Shown here one piece after another: positions 1-11,520 of a stretch of 64,000 nucleotides of DNA. The first letter of the stretch is position 1, and each line of letters begins with the position of its first letter. The notes beneath the pieces are model-generated. The model searched no databases. It saw only the letters and a list, made by a program, of their open reading frames with translations, and was not told the DNA's origin. The stretch is from Octopus bimaculoides. Its lineage: Eukaryota. The DNA lies in contig NC_068984.1 in NCBI RefSeq assembly GCF_001194135.2, forward strand, positions 10,100,081 to 10,164,080, written 5' to 3'. Made by a program: the position numbers and the translations under genes.

Positions 1-37
1 GAGCCCCCCTTATGTGTTTATATATTTAATCATATAT

Positions 38-435
38 CATTGGGCCTCACTGAGGCAAAGTGGCTGAGTTCCTTTCGAGTGAAGGGCTTCATTGGAGGCA
101 ATGACCAAGACCTTTGGCATTATGTTGTGCTTGAGAAGAAGACCCATCAAGCCGAGAAAAATCACAGACATGGCAGATACCAGTGTCACGCAAATTGGTA
201 CCTGCACTGGTGGAATATAAATGCACCCCAATATCATGCAAATGGCACCGGTGCCAGTGGCACGTAAAAGCACCCATTACACTCTTGGAGTGGTTGGCAT
301 TAGGAAGGGCATCCAGCTGAAGAAAAACCTGCAAAATCTGACTGGAGTCTAGTGCAGCCTTCCAGTGTGCCAGTCTGGTCAAATCGTCCAACCCATGCCA
401 ACATGGACAACGGATGTAAAATGATGATGATGATG
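38..435 (+). mobile_element. RTE-clade LINE, 5'-truncated 3' end (3'UTR + (GAT)n tail)
   Basis: TTGGGCCTCACTGAGG (end of RTE ORF as at 8470-8545), GTGGCACGTAAAAGCACC, AGGAAGGGCATCCAGCTG, CCAACCCATGCC..GGATGTAAAA then (ATG)n tail; same module recurs more than 20 times. Confidence 0.85.
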
Positions 436-439
436 ATGA

Positions 440-660
440 TAATGATGAATCAATCCCAAGCCTGGTACTTGTTCTATTGGTTGCTTTTTGCCAAACTGCT
501 AAGCAACTGGGGTATAAACAAACCAACACCGGTTGTCAAGCAGTGTTGGGAGACAAACACAGGTACACAACAGGTTTTATTCAGTTTCTACTTGCCCAGT
601 GTGACTGAACCCAGAGCCATGTGGTCAGGGAGCAAACTTCTTACCACACAGCCATACCTG
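440..660 (-). mobile_element. SINE family A, degraded partial copy
   Basis: Reverse-complement similarity to 1023-1412 (AAACACCGGTTGTCAAGC; GGAGCAAACTTCTTACCACACAGCC). Confidence 0.7.
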
Positions 661-1022
661 TGTCTATAGGCCACATCTGGAAATATACCACCAGAGATAT
701 TGAGGTAAAATGATCATGCATATCCAACTGCAAAACAGAACAGGTGGAAGAATTTCAGGTAAGTCAAGCATGACCGATACCTTCCACATTGAAACACTGA
801 TTATGAGAAAGCGATTTTGAGAGGCTGGCTGTGTTGTGTGAACTGGTTGCTTAGGCAACTGCTTAACTCCTGGATGAATAAGGAAAAGCACACCTACAAG
901 AGGACAAAAGAAGCTATTCAAAGATGTGATGGGAATCTTTGGTAAATAACTGACACAAATGGGGATGAGTCATCTATGACGAAGACCACTATTTCAATGT
1001 AGTGAGTGCCAAACCTCTCAAG

Positions 1023-1412
1023 AGGAGTAGCTGTGTGGTAAGTAGCTTGCTGACCAACCGCATGGTTCTGTGTTCAGTCTCACTGCGTGACACCTTGGGC
1101 AAGTGTCTTCTACCATAGCCTCGGACCGACCAAAGCCTTGTGAGTGGATTTGGTTGATGGAAAGTGAAAGAAGTCCGTCGTATATATATGTGTGTGTGTG
1201 TGTTTGTGTGTCTGTGTTTGTTCCTCCAACATCACTTGACAACCGATGCTGGTGTGTTTATGTACCCATAACTTAGCGGATCGGCAAAAGAGACCGATAG
1301 AATAAGTACTAGGCTTACAAAGAATAAGTCCTGGGATCGATTTGCTCGACTACAGGCGGTGCTCCAGCATGGCCGCAGTCAAAATGTCTGAAACAAGTAA
1401 AAGAATAAAAGA
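1023..1412 (+). mobile_element. tRNA-derived SINE family A (A1 tail), full length
   Basis: Head GGAGTAGCTGTGTGGTAAG..GTTCAGTCTCACT (A/B-box-like), CCTTGGGCAAGTGTCTTC, internal (TA)/(TG) microsatellite, tail GCTCCAGCATGGCCGCAGTCAAAATG..AAACAAGTAAAAGAATAAAAG; about 15 copies in window. Confidence 0.9.
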
Positions 1413-1947
1413 AAAAATGTAAAATGAAGCACAAAGTGACCAGTAAGCCTCTCTTCTTGACCAGATGTGTGGGTTTAGCAATGACCCACAATAGTTACAT
1501 AAGGGTGCACAGAAGCTAAATCTGGTGGACATCAATCCTTGACCACAAGGGATTGCCAATAACAATGCAACAACAAGAGTACCAAATTGTTAGAAATAGC
1601 AGCTTCAATCAAACTTCCAAAGAAATAACAGCTAAATTTCTCCCAAATCACAAAAGAAATACAAGACAAAGGGAAAGCTTTTGATCCTAAGTGTATTTTG
1701 TTGCACTGACCTAAGGCTAAATGAACAATAACAACAACATGTATTGTCCAACAGATTCTTATTTATGGCAGTGGGATGAGAAAAGAGAGCAATTTGGTTG
1801 CTATTTCTCTACTGGTGTCAGAGAAGAGGAGGAGGAGGAGGCCGAGTAGTGGCAGTGGTGGTAGTGAGAGATGAGGGACAATGTAACTGATTAAGATTAA
1901 TGATGTTGTTTCATTCGAAATGTTGTAGATAAATGGAGTAGTAGTAA

Positions 1948-1981
<34 letters not shown>

Positions 1982-2279
1982 TGTTGTTGTTGTTGTGGTG
2001 GGGGGGGGGGGTGCTAGGTCGAAGCTGTTTGTAGACAAACTACGAATGCTGGAGAGATCTGAAGAAGAGCGAGAGATCAGATAAAAGACTCGGATAGAGA
2101 TGGAGGAGAAAAATCTGAAGAATGATGATTAAAGCAAGAGATAAAAGTGGATTAACTGATTGTTGTTGTTGTTGCTGTTATTGTGTTTTAGCCATAGGTC
2201 AGTGGAATCAAAGAGACTGACAGTCAAAAGCTATCCTTCTGTGACCATCCTGTCTTTTGTGCTTTTTCAGACAGTGAAG

Positions 2280-2580
2280 GCCCGTGGTTAGGGATATTTG
2301 GTTTATGATTGCAAGGTCACGAGTTCAATTCCTGGCAGTGCACTGTGTCCTTGGGCAAGAAACTTTATTTTTCCCATTGCTCCAGTCCACTCAGCTGGCA
2401 AAAATGAGTTGTACCTGTAATTACAAAGGGCCAGCCTTGTCCCATTCTGTGTCACACTGGATCTTCCTGAGAACTACATTAAGGGTACACATGTCTGTGG
2501 AGTACTCAGCCACTTGCACATTAATTTCACAAGCAGGCTGTTCCATTGATCAGATCAACTCGAACAGTTGTCATCATAAC
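2280..2580 (+). mobile_element. tRNA-derived SINE family B
   Basis: GTGGTTAGGG..GAGTTCAATTCC B-box, CCTTGGGCAAG, CCAGTCCACTCAGCTG; 3' half shared with 55918-56291 and 4235-4520. Confidence 0.8.
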
Positions 2581-2809
2581 CGGTGGAGCATCAGTGAAGA
2601 CAGCAGGATGTGATTTCGGAGAGATTTAGTTGAGTTACTGTTTGTCTGGAAATTTGAGTAATATTTTTTTTGAGGGTTCCACATTGGTTGCTATTTCTAA
2701 CAGCTTGAGGTACTTTAGTGGTATCCTTGTCATTGGCAATCCTTAATTAATATCATTGCTTTTTATTACTAATTGAACAACTGTCTTCAAAGAAGATAAA
2801 CCACCTTAA

Positions 2810-3011
2810 CCCTTTAATATTTAAACCAACCATATCTGTTCTACATTAAAACTGGTCAGATCTGGCCTCTGACATTTACCCTACAATGTCATTCTACATA
2901 TAAGCAATCACGTCATCAAAATCTTGAAGCTATGAGATAATGCATGATTATTTCAAAACGATGTGAATAAATAAGCATTAGATTCAGCAGAGTGATCTGA
3001 ATGCTAAGGGG
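2810..3011. mobile_element. piggyBac-type MITE
   Basis: TTAA at 2806-2809 and 3012-3015 flanking CCCTTTAATATT...ATGCTAAGGGG termini. Confidence 0.7.
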
Positions 3012-3286
3012 TTAAATACTATTTAATCCACACATGATTCTAATGATCATTCTCATCTGACTGAAGGAGAGTGCTTGAAGAAAAATCAAAGAATTGGCAG
3101 AAGAAAGTAAAACACTTGTCAAAAGGAGAATGAGGCAGCAAACCAGAAATTGGCACAGATTAAAAGAAAAGTAACTTTGAGAATAGCATGGAAGACAGAC
3201 GTTAAATGATGATGATGATGATGATGATGACGATAGAAGCTTCTACAGCAAAACACTTTTGCTTGTCACTTTATCTTACTTTTGCC

Positions 3287-3614
3287 TTCAACACTTGGTG
3301 TAAAGCCACCTCCCCCTCAGTCAGATACACTCTCACTTGGTTGAAAGGGGCTTTTTTCCTTTTCTTTTCTTTGTCTTGCAAATTACTTGGCAACCTCACT
3401 AGTACTGGTGCCACAAAAAAGCATGGATGTTGTACTGCAATAACTTGGGTTTCAACACCTGGTGTAAAGCCACCTCTCCCTCAGTCAGATACATTCTCAC
3501 CTGGTTGAAAGGGGCTTTTTTCCTTTTCTTTTCTTTGTCTTGCAAATTACTTGGCAACCTCACTAGTGCTGGTGCCACAAAAAAGCATGGACGATGTACT
3601 GCAATAGCTTGGGT
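3287..3614. repeat. Tandem duplication, 2 x 164 bp
   Basis: Units 3287-3450 and 3451-3614 both start TTCAACAC(T/C)TGGTGTAAAGCCACC and end CTTGGGT, with few substitutions. Confidence 0.9.
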
Positions 3615-3784
3615 TGCAAGGGCCCACAGCTGTTTAACTGTCTGCTGAAGTATTTGAGGAGCCTCCATGGAGTGGATGTAGACGTTTTCAAACATGAACT
3701 TGACCTCTGGCACGCCGAGGTCCCGGATGAGCCAATATTGAGACAAGAAACTCAAAAGAGAGCAGTAACATCGAACTCCATCCT

Positions 3785-3897
3785 TCACCAAAAGCCGCTC
3801 CGACAAAGGTGGAAAGATGATCACAATGGCGGTGCTNNNNNNNNNNCACCAAAAGCCGCTCCGACAAAGGTGGAAAGATGATCACAATGGCGGTGCT
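3785..3897. other. Probable assembly artefact: sequence duplicated across a 10-N gap (similar at 45436-45725 and 58846-58915)
   Basis: CACCAAAAGCCGCTCCGACAAAGGTGGAAAGATGATCACAATGGCGGTGCT is identical on both sides of the Ns. Confidence 0.85.
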
Positions 3898-4234
3898 CCA
3901 GCATGGCCACAGTCATTGGACTGAAACATATAAAAGAAAGAAAATTGCCCTGTAAAGTGATTGGCATTAGAAACCATGCCAAAGGTGACATTGGATCATG
4001 ATGCTGTCTTCTGGCTTGACAGATCCTATTAAACTTTCCAACTCATGGAAGAGAGATGTTAAATGATGATGATAACGAGATGGATGGATGGCCATAGTGG
4101 ATGGTTATCGCCTGTCAACGACATAAACATGAATGCTTTTATGCAATATCAGTCCATATGAGAGGTCCTCTCGTGGTAAATAAAGCAGTATTATGTGTTC
4201 CGACACAACTTCCACATGAAGTGGGAGATAACAA

Positions 4235-4520
4235 CACTGACACTCTCTGTTATGATGACTAGGGTTCCAGTTGATCCAATCAACAAAACAATCTACTCAT
4301 TAAGTTAATGTGCAAGTGACTAAGTACCCCACAGACACATGTACCCTTAATATAATTCACAGAGGGATTCAGAGTGACACAGAATGTGACAAGGCTGACC
4401 CTTTGTAATTACAGGTACAAGTCATTTTTGCCAGCTGAGTGAACTGGAGCAACGTGAAAAATAAAGTGTCTTGCTCAAGGACAAGCCAGTGCCACCAGGA
4501 ATTGAACTCAGGACATCAAG
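4235..4520 (-). mobile_element. SINE family B, reverse copy
   Basis: GGTTCCAGTTGATCCAATC..GACACATGTACCCTTAA..GCCAGCTGAGTGAACTGGAGC is the reverse complement of 2280-2580. Confidence 0.8.
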
Positions 4521-4629
4521 ATTGTGAGATAGATGTTTGCATGAGCCAATGAGCAAGCCCTTACATGCAAGCTAGATTTGATAGAAATCACAGTCAAATC
4601 TTCCTCAAACCACACACTACAGATTTGGG

Positions 4630-5090
4630 TATCATCATCATCATAGTCTAACGTCCGCTTTCCATGCTAGCATGGGTTAGACGATTTGAATGGGGAATAG
4701 CGAAGTGGATGGCTACACCAGACTCCAATCTGATCTGGCAGAGTTTCTACAGCTGGATGCCCTTCCTAACGCCAACCACTCTGAGAGTGTAGTGGGTGCT
4801 TTTACATGCCACCGGCACAAGGACCAGTCATGCAGTACTGGCAATGGCTATGCTCAAATGGTGTTTTTTTATGTGCCACCTACACAGGAGCCAGTCCAGC
4901 GGCACTGGCAACGACCTTGCTCGAACGTTTTCTAACGTGCCACCGGCACAAGTGCCAGTAAGGCGACGCTGGTAACGATCATGCTCAAATGGTGCTATTT
5001 CCATGCCACCGGCACGGAAGCCAGACAGCTGCTCTGGCAATGATCACGCACGAACAGTGCTCTTAGCGCTCCACTGGCACAGGTGCCAGT
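4630..5090 (-). mobile_element. RTE LINE 3'UTR with multiple TGCCACCGGCAC sub-repeats
   Basis: (CAT)n, AACGTCCGCTTTCCATGCTAGCATGGG, CAGCTGGATGCCCTTCCT, about 5 copies of a GTGCCACCGGCAC-like motif. Confidence 0.9.
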
Positions 5091-5095
5091 CAACA

Positions 5096-5540
5096 ATGCA
5101 CATTATTCACATTTCTCTTCAAGAGTCACTGAAGGCACCTATAAGTGGTCCTGTCAGAAATAGCAGCTAAATCTCCCTCAATTTACATCCTCCCTTTTTA
5201 GTAAAAGAAGACACTGCATCCTGTGGTCTTTTTTACAATGTGTCTAATTACAGATGGAATGGTCATGGTTAGAATATCATTGATCATTACGTTGTCCTGG
5301 GGCTAAATAACAATGCACATTATTAATATTGCTCTTCAAGAGTCACTGAAGGTGCCTATAAGTGGTCCTGATCTGTCAGAAATAGCAGCTAAATCTCCCT
5401 CAAATTATACTAATTTTAAATAAAAAAAAGAATACATTAGATTATTTAACACTAGAAATATGGGATGGTCATTGGTGGAGCGTCTTTGATCATAGATCTG
5501 CTCAATTATGTTCGAAGCAGGACTAAATAGCAACAACAGA
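5096..5540 (+). repeat. Two tandem copies of unclassified repeat family C with a shared 5' flank
   Basis: AATGCACATTATT..CTCTTCAAGAGTCACTGAAGG..AGAAATAGCAGCTAAATCTCCCTCAA at 5096 and about 5311; AAC-rich ends. Confidence 0.75.
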
Positions 5541-5649
5541 AGCGTTCGTATTACTTTCCTCTACCCAGGTATCAGATAGAGATGAGATACATTGTTTGGT
5601 GTCCATGGCAACTGGTCTATGCTTGAGTTCTGAGACAGTTGAGATGACT

Positions 5650-6119
5650 AAAGAGTAAAGAAGAGAGACAGAGAGCAGAGAGAGAGAGAGAGAGAGGAAG
5701 AAAAGTGGGGGAAAGAGAGAGAGGTAGATATACTTATGAAATATGGATTGAAAGAAAAGAAAAAGAAGGAGAAATGGATTTGCTTATGAATATTTATGAT
5801 GGAAAAGAGAAAGAGAGAGAGAGAGAGACTGGGGAAGAAAAATGAAAAGGTAATGTTATTAATATTAATGGATGGAGAGAGAAAGAGAGAGAGAGAGAGA
5901 TGGAGAAATAGTAAAAAAAAGATAGAGAAAGAATGGGATGTTTATGAATATTTATGAGATGTAGAGAGAGGGGGGTAGAGGAGAGGGGGAGGGAGAAAAG
6001 TAGATAGACATACTTATATGGATTGAAAGAAAGTGAGAAAAAAAAAAAAGGGAGAAAATGAGTTTGCTCATGAATATTTATGAGATGTAGCAAGAGGGGG
6101 TATAGATGGAAGGAGGTGG

Positions 6120-6151
<32 letters not shown>

Positions 6152-6519
6152 AATATTGAAATCTCAAAGGAGTTGTTTGTTAATAAACATATTTTTCTAC
6201 TTAGATATTTGATATGGAGAATGAAGGATGATGGTGATGATGATGATGGTGATGATGGTGATGATGGTGATGATGACGATGATGACGATGATGATGATTG
6301 TGATGGTGATGATGATGATGATTGTGATGGTGATGGTAATGATGATGACGATGACGGTGATGATGTTTATAATGGTAATGGTGGTGATGACGATGGTAAC
6401 GATGCTGATGATGATAATGATGACGGAGGTGATGACAACAATGATGATGATAGTAATGATGGTGATGCCAATGATAGCCATGAATGATGAAGATGATGAT
6501 GATGATATCAGTTGTGAAA

Positions 6520-6552
<33 letters not shown>

Positions 6553-6560
6553 GCAATGGT
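5650..6560. repeat. (GA)-rich low complexity followed by an imperfect (GAT/GGT)n trinucleotide array
   Basis: Visible directly; source of the poly-D/H/M/I ORFs. Confidence 0.95.
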
Positions 6561-6589
6561 GATGGTTTGTTTGACAACTGATACAAGGC

Positions 6590-6730
6590 CACAAACCTGA
6601 AGGTGAGAGAGCAGTTGACTGAATAAATCCAATTATACAACTGGTATTTACTGCATTGATCCCAGAGGTATGGAAGATAAAAACACAAAACGTAATCTTG
6701 CTGGCATTTGAACTCAGAACGAAGAGGGAC
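6590..6730 (-). mobile_element. tRNA SINE family D (Meta-domain-like), degraded
   Basis: AACTGGTATTTACTGCATTGATCCCAGAGG..ATTTGAACTCAGAACG; similar to 11375-11520, 29700-29810 and 30570-30700. Confidence 0.6.
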
Positions 6731-6847
6731 AAAACTAAATACAGTACAACATTTAATCTGCTGTGTGGTAAGAAGCTTGCTTCCCAATATATATGTCCCA
6801 CAAATGCTAGCATGGAAGGCAGACATTAAGCAATGATGATGATGAGG

Positions 6848-6895
<48 letters not shown>

Positions 6896-6905
6896 NNNNN
6901 NNNNN

Positions 6906-6937
<32 letters not shown>

Positions 6938-7034
6938 AATATATATCAGTGTGTGTGTTGGTGCCTATTGCTTACCAATTTGGAAAAAAGACCAATAAAA
7001 TAAATACCAGGTTTTAAAAAGAGAAAAAGTTCAG

Positions 7035-7430
7035 AGAAGACCCATCAAACCAAGTGAAATTGTAGTCATGGCTGATTCCAGTGCTGTGTAACAGGCATTT
7101 GTGCCGGTGGCATGTAAAAACCACCCTTCGAACTTTGGGCCTCATGGGTACAGTGACAACTGACCGAGACCTTTGGCGATATGCCATGCTTGAAAAGACC
7201 TGTCAAACCAAATGAAGTTGTAGTTGTGGCTGATGCTGCTTTTCATAACTGACACCCACGTTGGTGGCACATAAAAAGCACCCACTACACTCTTAGAGTG
7301 ATTGGTGTTAATAAGGGCATCCAGCTGCAGAAACCATGCCAAATCAGATTGGAATCCCAGCTTACCAGTTTTCAGTCACACTGTCCAACCCATGCCAGCA
7401 TGGAAAACAGATGTTAAATGATGATGATGA
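7035..7430 (+). mobile_element. RTE LINE 3'UTR
   Basis: GAAGACCC..GTGCCGGTGGCATGTAAAA..AAGGGCATCCAGCTG..CCAACCCATGCCAGCATGGAAAACAGATGTTAAATGATGAT. Confidence 0.85.
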
Positions 7431-7558
7431 TCTTAAGTTATAGTTACAAAATCTAGGGAGAAAGAAACTCAAAAAGGAGTCTTACACAAACTAAATCACT
7501 GAAATGGAGCTAAATTAATCACTAAACTATCTTTTGCCTTAAATATGAACAGAAAACG

Positions 7559-7664
7559 TTGCTGTGGAAACATACCATCAAGTGGAGAGTGCTGGAGAAG
7601 TACAAGCCTTACTTCAGTCGCTGTAGGAGGTGCAGATTACGCTTGGTAGAGGAAAGATTTATAT
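7559..7664 (+). pseudogene. Penelope-like element ORF C-terminal relic (region downstream of GIY-YIG endonuclease)
   Basis: Translation TIKWRVLEKYKPYFSRCRRCRLRLVEERFI fits the PLE motif W.I+..A.PY....RC.LCL.EK..I as recalled; cut at 7665 by a TTAA MITE. Confidence 0.6.
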
Positions 7665-7668
7665 TTAA

Positions 7669-7888
7669 CCCTTTCGTTACCGTATTTATTTTGAAGTGCT
7701 CTGTGTTTCCTTCAATTAATTTCAAATATAACAAAGAATTTAGTAAAATAACAGTTACCATTAAGCTAGTGTTAGGAGCATAAATTGTGACTAAGGTTTG
7801 GTGGAAGATTTTAATTCAAAACTTACGAAAACAAGACATTTGTACTACAGAGTCAGAGGCGGTTTCAGTGAGGTTGGTATCGAAAGGG
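7669..7888. mobile_element. piggyBac-type MITE, 220 bp
   Basis: TTAA|CCCTTTCGTTACC ... GGTATCGAAAGGG|TTAA; reverse copy at 45032-45252 and a diverged copy near 33270-33425. Confidence 0.9.
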
Positions 7889-8220
7889 TTAAATTAATCA
7901 TTTGTTAACTTTTATGCGCCTTGCATGCAAGGAGAATAACTCTTGATGAATTTCTCCAAGGGATTTTCTTTTGTTTTTGTTTTTCTTCATAGCACCCACC
8001 AGCTAGATTGGACACTTGGTGACCTAGAGTAGCAGAGTGCCATTGCTATACTTTTCATAAGAGACTTTCTGGTAAGTGCTGTCTTAGGTTCTCCCTTAAC
8101 ACGCATGCAAAACCAATTGGTAAAATCAGCTGACATAGATCTATAAATATTGTATAGTAGTGTCTTCTACTATAGCCTCGGGCTGACCAAAGCCTTGTGA
8201 GTGGATTTGGTAGACGGAAG

Positions 8221-8980
8221 TGAATACCCGTCAGAGTGTAAATAATGTCAATGTGAATACCTGTCAGAGTGTAAGTATCTTGAGAGAAAAGCTGAACATT
8301 AGAAGCATCAGTTGTGGTGTGCAAGAGAGACGATTGCGCTGGTATAGACATGTGGTGAGAATGGATGAGGATAGCTGTGTGAAAAAGTGCCACACCCTAA
8401 CAGTTGAGGGAACCCGTGGAAGAGGTAGGCCCAGGAAGACCTGGGCTGAGGTGGTGAGGCCAGACCTTCGAACATTGGGCCTCACCGAGGCGATGACTAC
8501 TGACCGAGACCTTTGGAAATGTGCTGTGCGTGAGAAGACTCGGCNNNNNNNNNNNNNNNNNNNNNNNNNNNNNNNNNNNNNNNNNNNNNNNNNNNNNNNN
8601 NNNNNNNNNNNNNNNNNNNNNNNNNNNNNNNNNNNNNNNNNNNNNNNNNNNNNNNNNNNNNNNNNNNNNNNNNNNNNNNNNNNNNNNNNNNNNNNNNNNN
8701 NNNNNNNNNNNNNNNNNNNNNNNNNNNNNNNNNNNNNNNNNNNNNNNNNNNNNNNNNNNNNNNNNNNNNNNNNNNNNNNNNNNNNNNNNNNNNNNNNNNN
8801 NNNNNNNNNNNNNNNNNNNNNNNNNNNNNNNNNNNNNNNNNNNNNNNNNNNNNNNNNNNNNNNNNNNNNNNNNNNNNNNNNNNNNNNNNNNNNNNNNNNN
8901 NNNNNNNNNNNNNNNNNNNNNNNNNNNNNNNNNNNNNNNNNNNNNNNNNNNNNNNNNNNGATGATGATGATGATGATGAT
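8221..8980 (+). mobile_element. RTE LINE 3' fragment (ORF C-terminus; 3'UTR inside the gap), nested in a family A SINE (8160-9200)
   Basis: LREKLNIRSISCGVQERRLRWYRHVVRMDEDSCVKKC..EGTRGRGRPRKTWAEVV..DL..LGLTEAMTTDRDLW is a typical RTE C-terminus; (GAT)n tail after gap; SINE A middle on the left and SINE A 3' half on the right. Confidence 0.85.
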
Positions 8981-9198
8981 ATATATGTGTGTGTGTGTAT
9001 GTGTTTGTCCCCACAACATCGCTTGACAACTGATGCTGGTGTGTTTACGTACCCGTAACTTAGCGGTTTGGCAAAAGAGACCAATAGAATAAGTACTAGG
9101 CTTACAAAGAATAAGTCCTGGGGTCGATTTGCTCGACTAAAAGTGGTGCTCCAGCATGGCCACAGTCAAATGACTGAAACAAGTAAAAGAGTAAAAGA

Positions 9199-9234
<36 letters not shown>

Positions 9235-10794
9235 TATGTGTATTTATAGTGATGCTGCTGAAGGATTGCACAAAGTAACTATATTTGATAAAGGAGTGAA
9301 TCTTCAGCTTTAAACATGTATTGAGTACTTTCTCTCATTTATTCATATTCTTCCAAAGGGCATTAAGGTTATAAATAAGATAAAACTGTTCTGATCAAGG
9401 ATTGAAACAGCGACACAAATTTAACAATCCAGGGAATTTGTTTTAGAGCAACACTTGGTATACAAATATAACTTAAATACGGAACAGTATTTAGTCCATT
9501 GTCCTACCATTTCTGCTTCCATTCCAGTGTATCCCACCCAACGGATTAAATATTAATGTCTACCATTATTGACACACACACACACACACACACGTTTGTA
9601 GTACAGCTGGCTGGAGGGTAAAACTGTTTCAATCAGGTATGGTAGGAGCCAGGTACATATTTTATTGATCGTTAGAGGGATGGAAATAGGTGGAGTGATG
9701 TAAAAGACAGTCATCCTTGATGCGATATGAATTGAGGACACAAAAAGAGGACGAAACAAAGAAAGTAAAGGAAGAAAGTTTTGAAACAAAAGACTAACGC
9801 ATTTGTACTATTCCAGCCCACCTCATTTCATTCCATTAAATATGAATGTATTATCAATTGTGTAGATTTTCTTTGTGTTTATTCAGAAGAATTTGACACA
9901 GACCAAACGAGAATGTCTCATAATGAAAGCCTATAATACTGATGAAGCAATAAAAAAAGAGTATAAACAATGTATCGGAGCCAAAAACAATATAATAAAT
10001 AATAAAAGAACTTGTCGGTCATTTATTCTTCCACCAAAGAGAAACAGAAGTGAAAAGAAAAGAAAAATAAAAGAGGAGAAAGAAATGCTATAAAAATTAA
10101 TGGAAAGACAAGTCTTCGAGAAACGAGCAGTTTCGGTTCTGATTTTATTTGTTATTTTTAATTTTTTTCTTCCTTCCATGATATTTAATGGCTTGGCAGA
10201 CCATTGATCCAAACATTTCTGGAATGAAATCCATCTTCATTGGAAATATCTCCAGTGTATTTGTTGGTCAGTATTTCTCATGAATTCTAAGAAATAGGAT
10301 ACCAAATTTTATTAGCGTACTATTGTATTTACAGAACGCTTGATAATGAAGTTAATTTGGTTGCAGGAATATCTGTGAACAATGGACACAATTCTATAGA
10401 GAATACTTAACATGTAAACATGAATTTGTTAGTTAAGTTTTGTATCAAACATTAATTATGCGTACATGCAAGTTTCACTGTCCATAATAATTATGGTTTG
10501 ACATGAATATAATAAGTGAGATTCGAGCAGAAAATGTCAGACAGGCTCACACAGAGAGGAAGAAAAAAAGAATTGGTTCATTCATTAATTTCTCTGTCTG
10601 TTTTTGATATATTGTTTCTTGTAAACAAAATCAAAAGGTTCATATATTGCCATTATTACTATAAATTGGCACAAATTTTGGAGTCAGATGAAAATGCCTC
10701 ATGGCATTTATTCTGGCTATTTACGTTCTGTGTATGGATTAGTCAGAATTTGTTGAGGTGGATTCTTTTAATGGACAGACGCCCTTTCTGTTGT

Positions 10795-11060
10795 TAACAC
10801 TCATCTGTTTCCAGGTAAAGTAATATTTCCCAATGGCCAAACATGCTTTTCATGGAAGACTGGAAATAAACAACATTGCTTGTATGACAGTAATACTTGT
10901 TTACAACCATTACGTGATGCCAAGACAAGGGTACACACAAAACACACAGATATACAAACAGGCTTCTTTCAGTTTCCATCTATCAAATCCACTAACAAGG
11001 CTTGGTTAGCAAAGGGCTATAGTAGAAGATTCTTATCCAAGGTGCCATGCAATGGCACTT
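10795..11060 (-). mobile_element. SINE family A2 (family A head, different 3' body)
   Basis: CAGGCTTCTTTCAGTTTCCATCTATCAAATCCACT shared with A; body matches the reverse complement of 46060-46200. Confidence 0.7.
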
Positions 11061-11374
11061 TGGGAAGTTCCTCAACCACAGAGCCATGCCTAAATCAAGT
11101 ACCAGTCAACACTGGGTTTGATGGCATCAACAAAGCCCCTATTCTCAGAAGCGTCAACCTTCTACCTAATTATAAACAATTATTTTTCTAATTTAGGCAC
11201 AAAGTCAGCAGTGCTTATTCTATCGGTCTCTTTTGCGGAACTGCACAGTCCTGAACCAAGAGGTTTGAAAGCAAACATTTTACGACATAACCATGTCTGT
11301 GGTCCATTGAATATGTCAACAGAATTCCCTCATATTTCCACATCTATAGGCATCAATTAGAACGACCCCAGTAT

Positions 11375-11520
11375 GCAACAGGTACTTAATTCATCGACCC
11401 TGAAAGGATGAAAGGCTAAGTCGACCTCGACAGAATTTGAACTCAGAACGTAAAGACAAGTGAAATACTGCTAAGCATTTCACTCGGCATGCTAACGATT
11501 CTGCCAGCCCGCCACCTTAA
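11375..11520 (-). mobile_element. tRNA SINE family D (Meta-domain-like)
   Basis: Reverse strand reads ..GTTCTGAGTTCAAATTC..CTTTCATCCTTTCAGGGTCGATGAATTAAGTACC..TACTGGGGTCG. Confidence 0.7.

Noticed and set aside
680-765. Strong donor CAG|GTAAGT at about 759
   Set aside because: All three frames from the nearest acceptor contain stops
1023-1100. tRNA genes
   Set aside because: All A/B-box sequences are SINE heads; no complete cloverleaf seen. No rRNA gene or CRISPR array was seen either
6080-6934. Long ORFs rich in D, H, M and I
   Set aside because: Translations of a (GAT)n microsatellite, open in several frames; no domain content
10197-10410. Two small possible plus-strand exons
   Set aside because: Weak splice sites, 66-nt intron and no recognisable protein
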